Shown here piece after piece: positions 1 through 12,839 of a DNA stretch of 64,000 bases; the first letter of the stretch is position 1, and each line of letters opens with the position of its first letter. Where the stretch lies: NCBI GenBank assembly GCA_047495785.1, contig JBLDXI010000054.1, positions 2,480,001-2,544,000 of the forward strand, written 5' to 3'. The notes beneath the pieces were generated by a model, which did no database searches, was not told where the DNA came from, and saw only the letters and a list, made by a program, of their open reading frames with translations. This DNA is from Lepidodermella squamata (lineage: Eukaryota > Animalia > Gastrotricha). A program made the translations under genes and the position numbers.

Positions 1-330
1 GAGAAAGGGCTGAGGCTAGAAATCCCAACGAGTTTCCTCGGAAATAGGGTCATTTGAAAGCCTTAATTTGGCATTACTTGGCGATAAAAGTAACTGTTTC
101 AATTCTTTTCCCACGAAACGAAATGTATTTCGTGTATTTTATTATCCTTTCATTCACTTTTAACTCACACAAAATCAGGGGAAATTAGTCCTTAACAAAC
201 AGTACTTATATTTTGATAATAACTTTATGCAATAGCATTAAATGAATAAGACAGAAAAGTTCCGCAGACAGCTTCGATCCCATGACAGTTCATGTATGAG
301 GTATCAAGTAAAGTCAGTATAGTCAGGAGA

Positions 331-366
331 GTATAGTATAGTATAGTATAGTATAGTCAGTATAGT
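331..366. repeat. (GTATA)n pentanucleotide repeat
   Basis: gtatagtatagtatagtatagtatagtcagtatag. Confidence 0.85.
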
Positions 367-518
367 AAAGATTTTTATAATTAAATATTATATATTGATA
401 GCGCATCTTTGTCAAGTCTTTGTTTGCAGAAGTTCGCGTTAAAAAATAAACAATGCCTTGAAATTCCTCAACTCAAAGTTACTTCCTCAGATCGAAAAAT
501 TCGAGCGACGGAGTATCC

Positions 519-1755
519 CTAGTTTGACATCATCAAAAACAGGACACCAAAATTAATAACCAAAAAGCATAAAAATGTAAACCAGAAGAAAACGCAGTCA
601 ATAAATTGCTTTACAAGCCACACTTTTCCGCAAATTTTTACCTCTTGCTCCATTCGAGTGCTCCAAGGCTTTCGATCTACCATCTGGCACGTGACTGCCG
701 CGTAGAAAGTGACACAAAGTGCTGAAATCGTGTCTGCAGATATGACTTGCATTAGCCATAAGTTTTCCGATGTTTTAGGTACATTCGCAATCACATTGGC
801 CTAAGAATATTCGGGGAAATTAATTTAAGTATTTTGCGGATGATAATTCACCTGAGCGACAGAAAAGGCCAGCAAAATTGTAATGCCAAACCCTGCTCTA
901 TCCGGGACCCCAAATGGGATGAAAAAAGTAGCAAGCTGAGCGACAGCCAGAACAGCACTTGGTAGAATAAGATTGAAGATAAAGTAATTGATTCTTCTCT
1001 CAAGGAAAAGCTCAAATTTGACTATGTGGTAACCAAAACCGTCAAACTCAAAATAATCGGATGTTGCATTTTTCCGTATGATGTTCCAGCCTGAATTTGG
1101 CGATTGAAGTCGGCTAGGATTCAGTACCGACATTTTTACTGTCTGAATATCAATCATATGATTGTTTTGCCAGATGGCGAATTCAAACCTGAAATTCAAA
1201 GTTGAGGATTGTTCACAATACAATTTCTATTAGTTACCAGCAAGTTTGCTTATCGAACGGGAAATTAACCAACTTAAGAGCACATTCAGATATGAAAAGA
1301 CCACTCCATTGATATTGAATCATACCATAGAATGGAAAAATCAGCATGTTGTATGAAAACGAATTCGATACAGCAAAGTCTGCCTGAGCATTGGCGTGCG
1401 ACATAGGAGGCCGCCATATCTGGTCGAGACCAGAATATATGACCCAATACGGTGCATAAGGAGCGAGTTCCTCATCAGTTGAGTTGTAGAAGATGCTTCG
1501 CTCGGCTACACATGGTACGGTGAAGTACATCTGAAGTGAGGCAATTGACGAAACTGTCTGCTCGACGTCATTGATGTCTTTGAACTGCAGCAACGAAAAT
1601 TCAACCTTTGTTGGGGCCGGCGTGTTTCTGTCCTTTTCATTCGGTGAAGATGCTAATGGGGTGAGTTGGCAATCATTGAGTATTTTCATTCGCAGCTCGT
1701 CAGTACTTGACGCGTACGTCTGGCTAGCGAAGAATACCACGAGAAGAATAAGCAT
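519..1755 (-). CDS. Divergent Cys-loop ligand-gated ion channel subunit (copy 1); 3 exons, introns 1189-1237 and 801-851
   Basis: Signal peptide MLILLVVFFASQTYA; Cys-loop CALKLVNFPFDKQTC; M1 YFIFNLILPS; M2 PDRAGFGITILLAFSV; M2-M3 loop VPKTS. GT-AG introns of 49 and 51 nt join the three ORF fragments in frame. Confidence 0.92.
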
Positions 1756-2246
1756 CCTGACTCGAAATTCGAATGCATGTATATCTGCGTTTTACTTTTC
1801 ATATATATACCTAATTGAAATAATTTGACTGACATTTCATGGTTATAACTTCCATAATAGAAAATTCTAGCGGATATTGCATTAATAAAACCAATAAATC
1901 GTAACAGCAGACATCAAAATTTCGCAACCAGCTATTATATGAGAGCCTGTTTCGACGCTTCCAGATAATTCGGGCAATTTTTTATGAGTAGCATGAATCA
2001 GCAATACTCTAATTTTAAATATTCTTTCATCTTTCATTTGAAGAATTAATAAAATAAAACCAGTGGAAAATCATAAGGAAAGGTCACAAAGACAAAGGAC
2101 GTGGGAGAAGCTAAAAACTGATTTAATGAAATAAAAAATCTGCATTTTTCACGCAATTTTGAGAGGCTGTTTTCAACAAGTTTGCGGCAACTGTGATTTG
2201 TTCCACGCAAATTCCGGTGGCGCTAATTTTTTATTGGTCCTCAAAG

Positions 2247-3496
2247 TCACATTTTGGTATCAGACAGCATAATCATAATGAAGCTCGTATTCACGGCTAA
2301 CAGCGTTAGCAGCGTTATCCAAAAGCATACGCAATCCATCAGCTGTTGAATAGTGCGAACAATACCGCAAATTTTCACAACGCGAGTCATCCGATCGCTC
2401 CACGGTTCTCTTTCGACCAATTGACATGTTATCGCAGAATAGATGGTTATGAGAAGCGCGAAGATTGTGTCAATAGAGATGAGTTGCATCAGCAGCAGGT
2501 TCTCAGAAGTTTTCGGAACATTACTCATTACTGTCGACTTAAATTAGAAAAAGTTTGCTTAAAACATCTATGATTTCAATGAATTTTCTTACCTGTGCTA
2601 CTGAAAAAGCCAGCAAAATAGTGACACCAAAACCAGCTCTATCCGGGGTACCAAACGGGAGGAAAAAAGTAGCGAGCTGAGCTATAGCCAGCAAGCCACA
2701 TGGCACGATTAGGTTGAAAATGTAGAAATTAAGCCGTCTCTCGAGCTTGAACTGAAATCGCATGACTTGAGACCCGAATCGTTCACTAGACGAAGTATTC
2801 ATTGCTTTGATGTCCCAACCAGAGTTGGGTGGATGGAATTCACTATCAGCTGGGTACATTTGCAGACCGGTAATTTGGACAGCCTTTCTATCCAGCCATA
2901 ACACGAACTCAAAGCTGGTAAAGGATGAAAATGTAAGGAGAAAATTCGGAAGAAAGAATATCTTACAAGCATTCCTGTTGATCGAATGGAAAATATACTA
3001 GTTTCAGAGAGCATTCGGAAACGAAAAGGCCACTCCATAAGAACCGAATAGTTCCATCAAATGGTCTCATCTGAACGTTATAGCTAATAGAATTTGCCAT
3101 TGCGAAATCGTTCTGCGCATTGTTGTGTGATATCGGCGGTCTCCAGATTTGGTCCAGCCCAGAGTAGAAGTTCCAACTCGGGGTAAATGGCGCCAGTTCT
3201 TTGTAAGTTGTAGCGTTGTACTCGATTGATCGCTCCTTAATGCAGGGAACATCGAAACTGATTATTAAGGCCCCAAGAACAGATAACGTTTGATCTAGAT
3301 CGTTGATATCCTTGAATTTGATCAAATTGAAGATTGCACTCGTTGCAGCCGGCTTGGTGCGATTTTTTTCATTCGGAGCCGTTGCGAATGGGGTTAGATA
3401 GCAATCGCTAATGATATTAGTTCTTAAATCGTCAACCAACGAAGAAGAATAAACGCTTGCAATGAGGCCCAAACAATGTAATACAAAGCTCCACAT
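2247..3496 (-). CDS. Divergent Cys-loop ligand-gated ion channel subunit (copy 2, close paralog of copy 1); introns 2915-2966 and 2538-2592
   Basis: Signal peptide; Cys-loop CSLKLVYFPFDQQEC; PDRAGFGVTILLAFSVAQ; same two intron positions as copy 1. Confidence 0.92.
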
Positions 3497-4596
3497 GATT
3501 TTTGTCCTAAAGATTGAATCACTTTTAGGCCAATCTTCGGGTTTCTTATATCACAGCGAGCTGTCTCTGGTTACGAGTTCGTTCCGGATATTAGACTAGC
3601 TCTATTGATGATTTTTTCATGTTTATGACTGGTCATGGAATGATCTGGAAGGTTCTGCCTCTGCATCCAATACATTCAACAGGAAACACCACAACTACGT
3701 GGTAAATATTGGTATAGAACTGCACCAGTAAATTCGACAAAAACCGAAGATGCTTTAGCTATCGGAATGAGTTCAGCCCAGAGCAAAGTTTGCTCCTCTT
3801 GGAAAAAATAAGAAAAGTCACCTGATCCGATTAAGCTAATTTCTACTAGTTGCCAGGCACCGATCTAAAAGGATGAGATAATTAGATCCCATGAAGTGCT
3901 CATGAGAGCTTGTTTTTCGCTGGCCCTGCTATTTGCTAGGGGTGTATACTATTTCAGTGAATTAGAGATTAGATTGAAGAGATTGAGGTTAAACGACTGA
4001 GATTGTATCAGAGAAGATTGCGAAATTTACATTCGAAAAGCTCGATGCGAGTTTGCAAGAACTGGAAGCGCTGGACATGCTTGCACAAAGTAAACAAAAG
4101 ATCTAGGGCGTGTTAATGAAAAGTCTGCTCATCCGCAATTCTAAAATTAAAATTCCCACAGTTATTTATTTTGTATACGAACACTAATTGGCATTTTTAA
4201 TCGATTGTCGAACCAAGAGCATTAGTATTATTTTCTTTGTATCACCCTTGTTGCAAAAGTATAAGTGGATGACGCATTATCCACTTAATATGAAGGCTGA
4301 TGTTAATTCATTTTCATTACAATTCTTTCTTAATTTCTAATATCGCAAGTCACTATTTCTCACTCTCTCTCCCTCCTCTTGGAAACATTTTTTCGATTGC
4401 CGAAATGTTCTCACAAATTTAAATTCTCATCGTTGCTAAACTACTGAGAATGCTATCCTTGCTCAAATATTTACTCTACATTCGACAGCCTACTCTACCA
4501 CGCGAGCGGTTTTGTTGATTTAGTGTTTTATCATCTTTCAGCGTAGGAACCTGCAACCGGCATGATTAAACGGTAGTTTTCAAGATTTAGTCCAGA

Positions 4597-4869
4597 ATGT
4601 TTATCAACCAATCAGCTGTTGTCGCTTTAGTTTTCTCTTTGTTCCTCTTCGTAGCTCACGTTACTGCCGGCAACTGGCAATCGAGCAGTGACGAGAGTCG
4701 GCCTTATCCCCGTAGAAACGGCCGTCAATACGGCGATAACTGGTGGCATGCTCCAGGAAGCAGACGACCGCAGTATCCACGAAGAACGACAAAGGGCAGT
4801 TCAACAACCCTTGGTTATCCTGTCAGCCCTTTCGTCCCACCCGAAACCACGATAACTAACAAAATCTAG
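4597..4869 (+). CDS. Small secreted Arg/Pro-rich peptide precursor, unknown function
   Basis: ATG-initiated 90-aa ORF with a clear signal peptide (VVALVFSLFLFVAHVTA-G), several RR dibasic sites, repeated RPYPRR/RPQYPRR, and AATAAA downstream. Confidence 0.6.
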   Translation: MFINQSAVVALVFSLFLFVAHVTAGNWQSSSDESRPYPRRNGRQYGDNWWHAPGSRRPQYPRRTTKGSSTTLGYPVSPFVPPETTITNKI

Positions 4870-5197
4870 ATATAGCCTCCGCTACAATGTGTCCATTAGT
4901 TAAATAGAATAACCTATGTAGATACCAGCATAATTGCAATTTGCAATCCCTTTGGAAAATGTTTTTGCGAACTTATAGCTTTTTCAAATTGTAGAATAAA
5001 CACAAAGATTCCCAGCTCATTAGCAATAAAATCAATGATTTAAGTGGGGAAATTTCCTCTCGCGTGTGAAGCTAGTATTGACAAGGGCCTCGTTACTCTT
5101 AATTGCCTCTGCGGAAGAGACGGAATTGCCCATAATAAAAAACAAACCCAATACGATTTAGGGCGAGAGAGCGCACGTTCTAGTTTACGGTTGTAAA

Positions 5198-6416
5198 ATG
5201 CATTTCAGGAGTCATATTTTCCTGCTAGCGGCTCTAACTTGGAGTGGTTGGAATGCATATGGATTAGAAATTGGCGACAAGTTCAGCGTATTGGATACAT
5301 TGTTAGATTCGTGCCGTATTGGTCCTGAGGTTACGTCACCGAATGAACTGCTCGGGAAGCCGATTGATATTGAATTAATTCTCGAAATCGACCGGTTCCT
5401 GGATATCGACGACGTCGAGCAAACGTTCAGCTTTATCGGCACTCTGGTTCTTAAATGGGAAAGCGAATGCGCGGCAGGAGTTGCTAATAACACGAAAATA
5501 TGGCCCGAAAAGTTGAACATGCTCCTCAATTTGGACTGGAACAAAGTTTGGAATCCAAGATTTTACTGTCGCAACTCCATTGCTAATTTCGGTTTTACGG
5601 ATGGCTTCACAATAACAGTCGCCTTCTTTCCACCGAGAGGCATTTTCGCAACCAGCATATATGGGAAATGGGACGTCTACTGTGATTTGACATTAACGTT
5701 GTATCCTTTCGACACCCAAATATGCAAGGTAATGGGATTCGGGATTCTATGAACAGTTTTACACTCTTCAAATTTGTGTTGCTTAGATTGAGCTTATAAG
5801 CTCCAATATGAAGTCAGTCATGCGTGTCACGAAAGCTGATATAAGCTACCTGGGTGACTACATCCCTTCTAACAGCATGTGGTCACCAGCGGGCAACAGA
5901 AGTGTTATAGAAACAGTCGACTTGAACCTCGTCAAGAATTACACCCAAGTAACGTTCTATCTAAAATTCAACAGAAACCCGTCGTGGCATGTTCTCAACT
6001 TGATTGCTCCAAGTATTGTCTTGTGCCTACTGGAACTCGCGACGTTTCTAGTACCGGCTAATACCCCGGATAGACCAGCCTTCAGCGTTGCGATCCTTCT
6101 GGCCTTCACCGTGCTTCAATCTCAGATAACCGATAACGTCCCCAAAACTCCGCGAGTAATCGTCATTGAGTACTACGTCTTTGGCGAGATGTTATTCGCG
6201 ATGTTCATAGCGATCTACGCTGCAGCCATGTGTCATTTCATCAAAGAAAAGCCGGACAAATCAAAGCGCCTCGTAAAAAGCCCATTTTCCTGCAGACGCG
6301 CGAATTCGAAACCCGTGAAATTCTACCGCATCGTAGACTCGACCGCCTTCGCTATTTGCGGCGTAGCACTTATACTTTTAAATGTCTGTACCATTCTGTT
6401 GTTTTTCAACAACTGA
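5198..6416 (+). CDS. Divergent Cys-loop ligand-gated ion channel subunit (copy 3); intron 5729-5786
   Basis: Signal peptide; Cys-loop CDLTLTLYPFDTQIC; PDRPAFSVAILLAFTVLQSQ; four TM segments. A 58-nt phase-0 intron joins the ORFs in frame. Confidence 0.93.
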
Positions 6417-6767
6417 CCGAGTTTGTTTCCGTTAATGTTGACGCAAATTTAATTATTATTGCGACGTTATCATCAGGTGATGTGTCGTATCACATGACTC
6501 TTCAAATTTCGCGATTTTTCATAAATCTTTCACTTTCGAGATGAATTTTTCTTACAAGGCTGGATTTCATCACTTTAATGGGATTAACTTCTTTATCTTA
6601 ACTAAAAGCCGTGTTCCACGAGATTGAAATTATTTACATCACAGTACATTTTGGGCCCCGTAATACCCACGTAGGCAGACGCTTTCAGGAGATTGATGTC
6701 AGCAACTTCTTTAGGTCTTATTATTGAAAAAACTGGTGTAATTTTGCTTTCATTCTGAGATAGGAAA

Positions 6768-9308
6768 ATGACAAAGTTGATATATCTTCCGATTTTATTG
6801 ATGACGTTCTGTCTTATTCTTCACTTGGATGCGGCCAAGAACAAAACCTTAGTGATGTTAGCTATGGTTCCAAAAACAGGAGATGCTCCAAGGGACGGGC
6901 GTTCCTGTATCGCAGCTATGCAAGTCGCGGTAGATGCCGCCAACTCTAACCCCTCAATCCTTTCTGGTTACAGGCTTGAGGTCAAATTTGAGGACGAAGG
7001 ACTTCAAGCAAGTCTAGCGCCTAGAAGTTTCGTAAACTTCATTGAAAATTTGAGAGTCGGTTCAGGGGACGTTTTTCTAAGCCCAGTTGCAGTCGGAACT
7101 TTCTTCCTATGCCAAACTAGCTCAGGACTGGCAAGGTATTACAACCAAGTTCAGTTCACCCAAGGCTGCGTTGGTACTTTATACACTGCGAACCGTAAAC
7201 AGTTCCCAAATCTATACAGAGTCGTCGTTCCAGCTGAAATGATCACTCTCCCGATGATATTCGTCGTCAACCGCATCGGGCAATGGAAACAAGTGGCTGT
7301 CATCTCGAACTCTGGTAATGTGAACAACGACCTAGCCGCTAAGGTTTTCTACACTGTCGCTTCAAACGCGAAGATTGAAGTAGTCTGGTTCGCTGGAGTT
7401 CCAGATATTGACAGCTCAATCATATCCTCCTTAAAAGACAGTGATGCCCGAGTCATTGCTGCATTCATGGTTGAAACTCCGATTGTTCTGAAATTTCTAT
7501 GCGAGAGCTATATGGCAGGCCTTACTGCACCGCGTTACGTCTTCATCTTTCAAAACCGAGCATTCATCGACCCTGATACCCCCGATCTTAGGTTACCGCC
7601 TGGCTGCTCAAAGTCAATGCTGATCGAACAATTTCAGGCGTCGTTTTTCACTGGATTAGCCAATGCAGCGCTGAGGAACTATGGTAGAACTGGTTTAGGA
7701 TATGATCTGGACGGCTTTGAGCGGCAATTCAACATTTTGACGAATAACACCAGGCCTCCGGACTTCATGCAACGTCACCAGTGTAACGATGCGATGCAAG
7801 GTGCGATCTTAGCTTTGGATTCCTCAGAGAAGACCCTTCAATCTCAAAATCTAACTCTGAGTGACTTCTCCTCCAAAATGGACAAAGTCATGGATGTTGT
7901 GAACAAATCAGCTGCTAGGACGAACTTTCTCGGTCTAAGGATTGGTCAGATATCGTACAGTAGTCGACTTGAGATAGACCGCGAGCCGATGTACGTCATG
8001 CAATGGGTCAATCGAACAATGAGAACCGTTGGGCAAATTGTTTATACGAGCAGTCAAGCAGATGGAATCTATAATTTCAGTCTTTATAATGCTTCTGTTG
8101 TCGCTTCAGTAGTTTGGGCTACGAAGAACAATCAGCCACCTAAAGATTTGTCAGCTATTCGCCATGTTGTAGTTTCACTACCGGAAAGTATGACACCAAG
8201 TGTTAGTTCAGTAGTAGCTTTGCTATCGGGTCTGCAAGTATTCTCTTTGTGGTTAAGCAGCCTGAAGAATTCAGCTCATTCTCGGCCATTTAAAGGAATA
8301 GCCATTGATATGACTCTGATTGTGGGTTGTTTAGCCACAAATCTGACATCGGCTCTATTCAGTTATGATTTATTTCGATCTCCTACCGTTTGCTTTTTGC
8401 GTCTCATACTGCCAACACTGGGGATTTCATTAATCAATGCTCACATTTTCCTACAACAGTGCGCGATCACAATTGAGGCTCAGGTGAAATTCAAGGGATA
8501 CCTACTGCGTTTGAATAAGTTCAAGTCAATCCGGTCGAAACTAAGAAGCTCGAAGACGTCAGGAAAGACTTCCATATCAACAGCCAAGAATTTTATTACG
8601 TCACGTGTGGTTCTTCCGATGACCAAGTTAACGACTGTTCCTGACACTTTTCACGGGTCTCATTACAATTCCAGTTCCCCAGAGGGAGCAAAGAAACGAG
8701 GACAGCGGTCTCAGGTGTCGGCCCAGGCGATATCGAAGCATGGGCAGAAGGTGTTAATAGGAATCCTCATCTTCACTTCTGTCAACATGCTGATATTAGC
8801 CATCGGGCTAGGACTATCCCCTCCACAAGTTCAGTCGCTCATGTCCAAAATCGACTTCGACGAGGTCGATGACTCTTATTTCGACGTTAGAATAGATATC
8901 TGCGCATCCCAAGATCAACCATATTATCTCGCCGCAGTAGCCGGTCTTAATGGATTCGTGTTAATTCTCGGGATTTGTTTTGCATTAAGCGCTCGGTATC
9001 TAGCCGGTAGTGGGCCGCTACTAGCCTATACAAAGTTGGTTCGCTTTGCGAGCGTCAATTCTGCGACCTTGTTTGTTCTCGGTGCTTTCATTGTCGTAGC
9101 TATCAGGCCTACTGAAGTTACTGTGTATTCGATCGCAATTTCGGTTTTTTCTCTCATATATTCCTTGTCAAACTGGATGCTGCTAATGATTGGCAGGTTA
9201 AAAATCGTAGGGAATTTGACTTTGGAGGACGCAAGTGGCGGTGGGGAAGTTCAAATCATGTTTGGAACGACCGGTAAATCTCAGTTTTCTGGTCATAGTG
9301 AAAAATAG
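6768..9308 (+). CDS. Class C GPCR, GABA-B-receptor-like (Venus flytrap domain + 7TM), intronless
   Basis: Signal peptide; periplasmic-binding-protein type N-terminus (AMQVAVDAANSNPSILSGYRLEV, DARVIAAF, YVFIF); no cysteine-rich domain; seven hydrophobic segments including TM3 VCFLRLILPTLGISL and an ECL2 Cys. Confidence 0.8.
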   Translation: MTKLIYLPILLMTFCLILHLDAAKNKTLVMLAMVPKTGDAPRDGRSCIAAMQVAVDAANSNPSILSGYRLEVKFEDEGLQASLAPRSFVNFIENLRVGSGDVFLSPVAVGTFFLCQTSSGLARYYNQVQFTQGCVGTLYTANRKQFPNLYRVVVPAEMITLPMIFVVNRIGQWKQVAVISNSGNVNNDLAAKVFYTVASNAKIEVVWFAGVPDIDSSIISSLKDSDARVIAAFMVETPIVLKFLCESYMAGLTAPRYVFIFQNRAFIDPDTPDLRLPPGCSKSMLIEQFQASFFTGLANAALRNYGRTGLGYDLDGFERQFNILTNNTRPPDFMQRHQCNDAMQGAILALDSSEKTLQSQNLTLSDFSSKMDKVMDVVNKSAARTNFLGLRIGQISYSSRLEIDREPMYVMQWVNRTMRTVGQIVYTSSQADGIYNFSLYNASVVASVVWATKNNQPPKDLSAIRHVVVSLPESMTPSVSSVVALLSGLQVFSLWLSSLKNSAHSRPFKGIAIDMTLIVGCLATNLTSALFSYDLFRSPTVCFLRLILPTLGISLINAHIFLQQCAITIEAQVKFKGYLLRLNKFKSIRSKLRSSKTSGKTSISTAKNFITSRVVLPMTKLTTVPDTFHGSHYNSSSPEGAKKRGQRSQVSAQAISKHGQKVLIGILIFTSVNMLILAIGLGLSPPQVQSLMSKIDFDEVDDSYFDVRIDICASQDQPYYLAAVAGLNGFVLILGICFALSARYLAGSGPLLAYTKLVRFASVNSATLFVLGAFIVVAIRPTEVTVYSIAISVFSLIYSLSNWMLLMIGRLKIVGNLTLEDASGGGEVQIMFGTTGKSQFSGHSEK

Positions 9309-9648
9309 CCGTAATTTATGGATTTCAGAACTCTCAAGGTAGAAACGGGTGATTTTACGCAATAAACCAACGTACTGTTACAAAGGGCGATCATAATTGA
9401 ATGTTGTGATAGATTCGGGTGTTAAAACAATGAATGATCATCGATTGAGGGAGAGTTTCTTACCGTTCGCAGTGAATAACTGATGCGACAAACAACATTC
9501 TAGCAGTATTGTGAAGCAATAGATGGATCAATGAGGAGATCGATTATTGCGATCTTAGCGATGCGTCCGCCTGCTGTAGCAGCACTCAAACATCGCAAGT
9601 GCTTGCCAGGTTCAAATATGCTAGCATAATCTACGAAATAAAACTAAA

Positions 9649-10858
9649 ATGGCTTGCTTTGTATCCTTCGTCTTCATCCTCCTAAATATCCCGCTCGGCC
9701 TCATCGGACTGGGATTGGCAGCGGCAGGCGTTGTCTTGAAGTTATCGGACAACCTTTTGAAACCTTATATAGAGCCTTACCTGAGTCAGCTTTCACTACC
9801 AAGCGTTAGTAGCCTAGTTGCAGGAGATTTTTGTTAACATTTTCATTACCACAGGGATACACAGCTAATCTCGGTAACTACGTCCAGCCAGCCGCGATTG
9901 CTTTCATTGCAATAGGAAGTGTTTTCGCTCTCCTATCCCTTCTTGCTTGTATAGGAATGTGCCTGAAGGGGTCTGGCTCCGGATCACTTTTCTTCTCAAT
10001 CGTAAGAAGTTGGAATTCCTCTCAACTTCAACTTTCATGCCTAATTACAGTACGCATTCTTCGCTGCGATATTCCTGCTGATATTTATCGGCGTTACAAC
10101 GTTGATCGGAGCTCCTCAGCAATTCGTTGGAGGCTATGTATCCTACTACATGAATGCATCTCTCACACGAGACTATGTAGCAGTCGATTCGACCGATGCG
10201 GTCAATGTTGTATGGAATGTCCTGCAATTAGGACTTCAGGTATAGATCACGTGTTGGAGAGTTTCATGTAATCTCGTCTCTGATTTGAACGCAGTGTTGC
10301 GGAACTACAGGTGGTATCGATTACACGTACGCCGTAAAATTCAATCGAACTTGGCTGACAATGCCTGACCCCTCGACGATGGGCACGACAATGATGAAAA
10401 TGGAAATTCCGCCCTCGTGTTGTACGTCTGAATTACTGTCCCTATCAAACGTTTTCGGCGGGTCTACAGCGGAAGTTATGAAGAATCCGATTGCTATGCG
10501 GTCATGTGTTTTCGAGACGTCACCTAAATTTTCAAACTACGTCTATGTGAGTACATCCAGATTTTGAATTATAGAGAGGTTGAATTTAAAACCTTACAGG
10601 GCTGTTACAATGCGGCTCTGTCGAAGTATTATCAGTATCAGTGGTACGCCTTAGGACCTTGTATTGCAATCTGCCTAATTTTGGTGAGATATGAATATAA
10701 CTTTTAAGGTGGCTTCCAAATTATGAATTTTCCAGCTGTTCCTTGTCGTTGTACCCATTGTCTACGCCTGTAAGAACAAAAATCAGCGTAATGAAGCGGC
10801 TGAGGCAGAAGCGTTGAAAAAGGAAGACAAACTTAACAATTACAATCATTACAAGTGA
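9649..10858 (+). CDS. Tetraspanin (multi-exon)
   Basis: Four TM segments; CCG motif just after the acceptor at 10294; PPSCC and GCY motifs in EC2; introns 9805-9854, 10002-10050, 10240-10294 and two more; stop TGA at 10856-10858. Confidence 0.88.
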
Positions 10859-11306
10859 TTGCTACGTCTACCACCGATGCTCGATTTATTTTTTTTCATA
10901 ATAAAACCCTCATGTAATGAAGTCATTTCTTGTATTGCTATATACTGGTTTTCCTCTCTAATATTCCCTGTTAACAAGACCCCTCTGCTATCAATCAGTC
11001 CACTGATAATATGAAACTGGTCGAAACGGGCTTTTGCCGAAAAAAAACATACCAGCGCATCTCTTCATAGTCAAGTACTATCTCCATGATGAGAAAATAA
11101 TGAGCGAGATGCACATCCCGAGCATTAAATCAACAACACGCCCAGCTAAATGTGTTGTGTGTGTACCTGATGATTTTACCATGGTAATGAGAAACGAAAA
11201 GTGCCGGAATATTTGCTTTAATGAAACATAATTTTCAATCAATTATTCACATGACTCTCGATTGCATAGCTTTTGATTCAACATAACCGATTAGGGCAAG
11301 ATATTG

Positions 11307-12516
11307 ATGACTACGCTGATAGGCGCATTTCTATGTCTCCTTTCGATCTGCTCAGTCTATGCAAGGCAGAAATCGCCTTTTGTTCGAGAAACCGATACGC
11401 AATTTTACACGGAGGAGGCGAATTTGATGAATTACATCAACCAAAAATGTGATTTGATGACGAAAGTTCGACCGGTGGCCCAATACCGTCAGCCAATACA
11501 TGTCGCCGCCATGTTAACTGCTATCAGATTCCGAGAGATCAACGAAAACGAACAAAGTTTCAGATTTCTCGGCGAATTCGAACTCTCTTGGACTCATCCC
11601 TGCGTGAATTGGCAGAATGAACCGAATTTTGATGTGGAATATTTCAAGGTGAAAGCTTCCGATATTTGGTACCCAGTGCTTCTACTCAATAACATTATCG
11701 GCCAGCCGAGCATTCTCGAAAACCTCGCTGAAACAACTCGAGCCAATGTCTACAGCGATGGCGCTATAGTTTGGTCAATTCTTACAACATTTTCGTTTCA
11801 TTGCGACTTCCAATTTACCAAATACCCGTTCGATCAACAGAACTGCGCTATGACTATTGAATCTTGGGATCACAATGGTCTTGTTCAAATCTCTTTGATG
11901 TCCAGTGCCTTCATTGCCGATGGTAAGGACTTCACTCGTTCCAATGATAAGTGGAGCTTGGTCAAAGCAAGACTGGTGAGCATCAACAGAACATTTCACG
12001 GCTATCCAAAGAGCTTCAATACAATAATTGCAAGTTTCACCATGGCTCGAAATGGTTGGCAAGATTTTCTTAATGCAATAATTCCGAGTTTAATACTGCA
12101 AATGCTCCTGCCCATGAGCATGTGGATGCCAGCACATCATGATAGATCCATATTCTGTTTGATCTGTAAGTCACTTGAACTAAAGAAGCTAAAGTTTATA
12201 AAGTCGATTCATTGTAGTGTTGTCTTGTTTCACGGCTGTTCAGCTATTAGTGACAAATTCGATGCCTACCACTGGCCAACAGACTTACTTATCAGCTTTG
12301 TTGAACGCTCAGCTAGCCATGTGTGGGGCAACGACCATTTATGCTTTAATCAGCTATCAGCTTGCAGCCAAGCGATACTTCTACCTCAAGGTCTTCTTTC
12401 CGCGATTGAATTTATTAGTTCCGAGAATTCGAGTTTTAGACGCCTGTTATTATAGCGTGTTTGTATTTTGCCTTTTGGCCGTTGATTTTTCAGTAATTAT
12501 CACGCTGGTGACTTGA
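11307..12516 (+). CDS. Divergent Cys-loop ligand-gated ion channel subunit (copy 4, most nAChR-like ECD); intron 12166-12217
   Basis: VRPV, IWYPVLLLNN, Cys-loop CDFQFTKYPFDQQNC followed by IESW; a 52-nt intron within M2 restores the frame to M3/M4. Confidence 0.9.
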
Positions 12517-12839
12517 ATAAAGGAAAATAGAGAGTGATGTTCATTATTTGTGAAAAAATGGATCGATTTGATCATGTTTACTTTGTCTGTTCTCAGGATC
12601 ACATTTTCGTCAAAGGGGAATTAATCAAACACTTTCACATCTCTGCGAGCCTGTCGACCGATAGGAATTGTTACAAGCATTGTAATTCTACACGGTTCAC
12701 TGAATACACAATGACGACATTTTAATTGAGTGAGCAATTTCATATTCCACGGTCTATCGAGTGGGTTTATTGATTTTGTCAAATTTAAAACCACTCTAGG
12801 TGTTTATGCCCCCATTTTCGATATTTTATCTCGACCAGG

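Noticed and set aside
3890-4120. Short open frames upstream of the 4597 peptide gene (MRACFSLALLFARG..., EKIAKFTFEKLDASLQELE...)
   Set aside because: No consistent spliced model or recognisable motif could be built.
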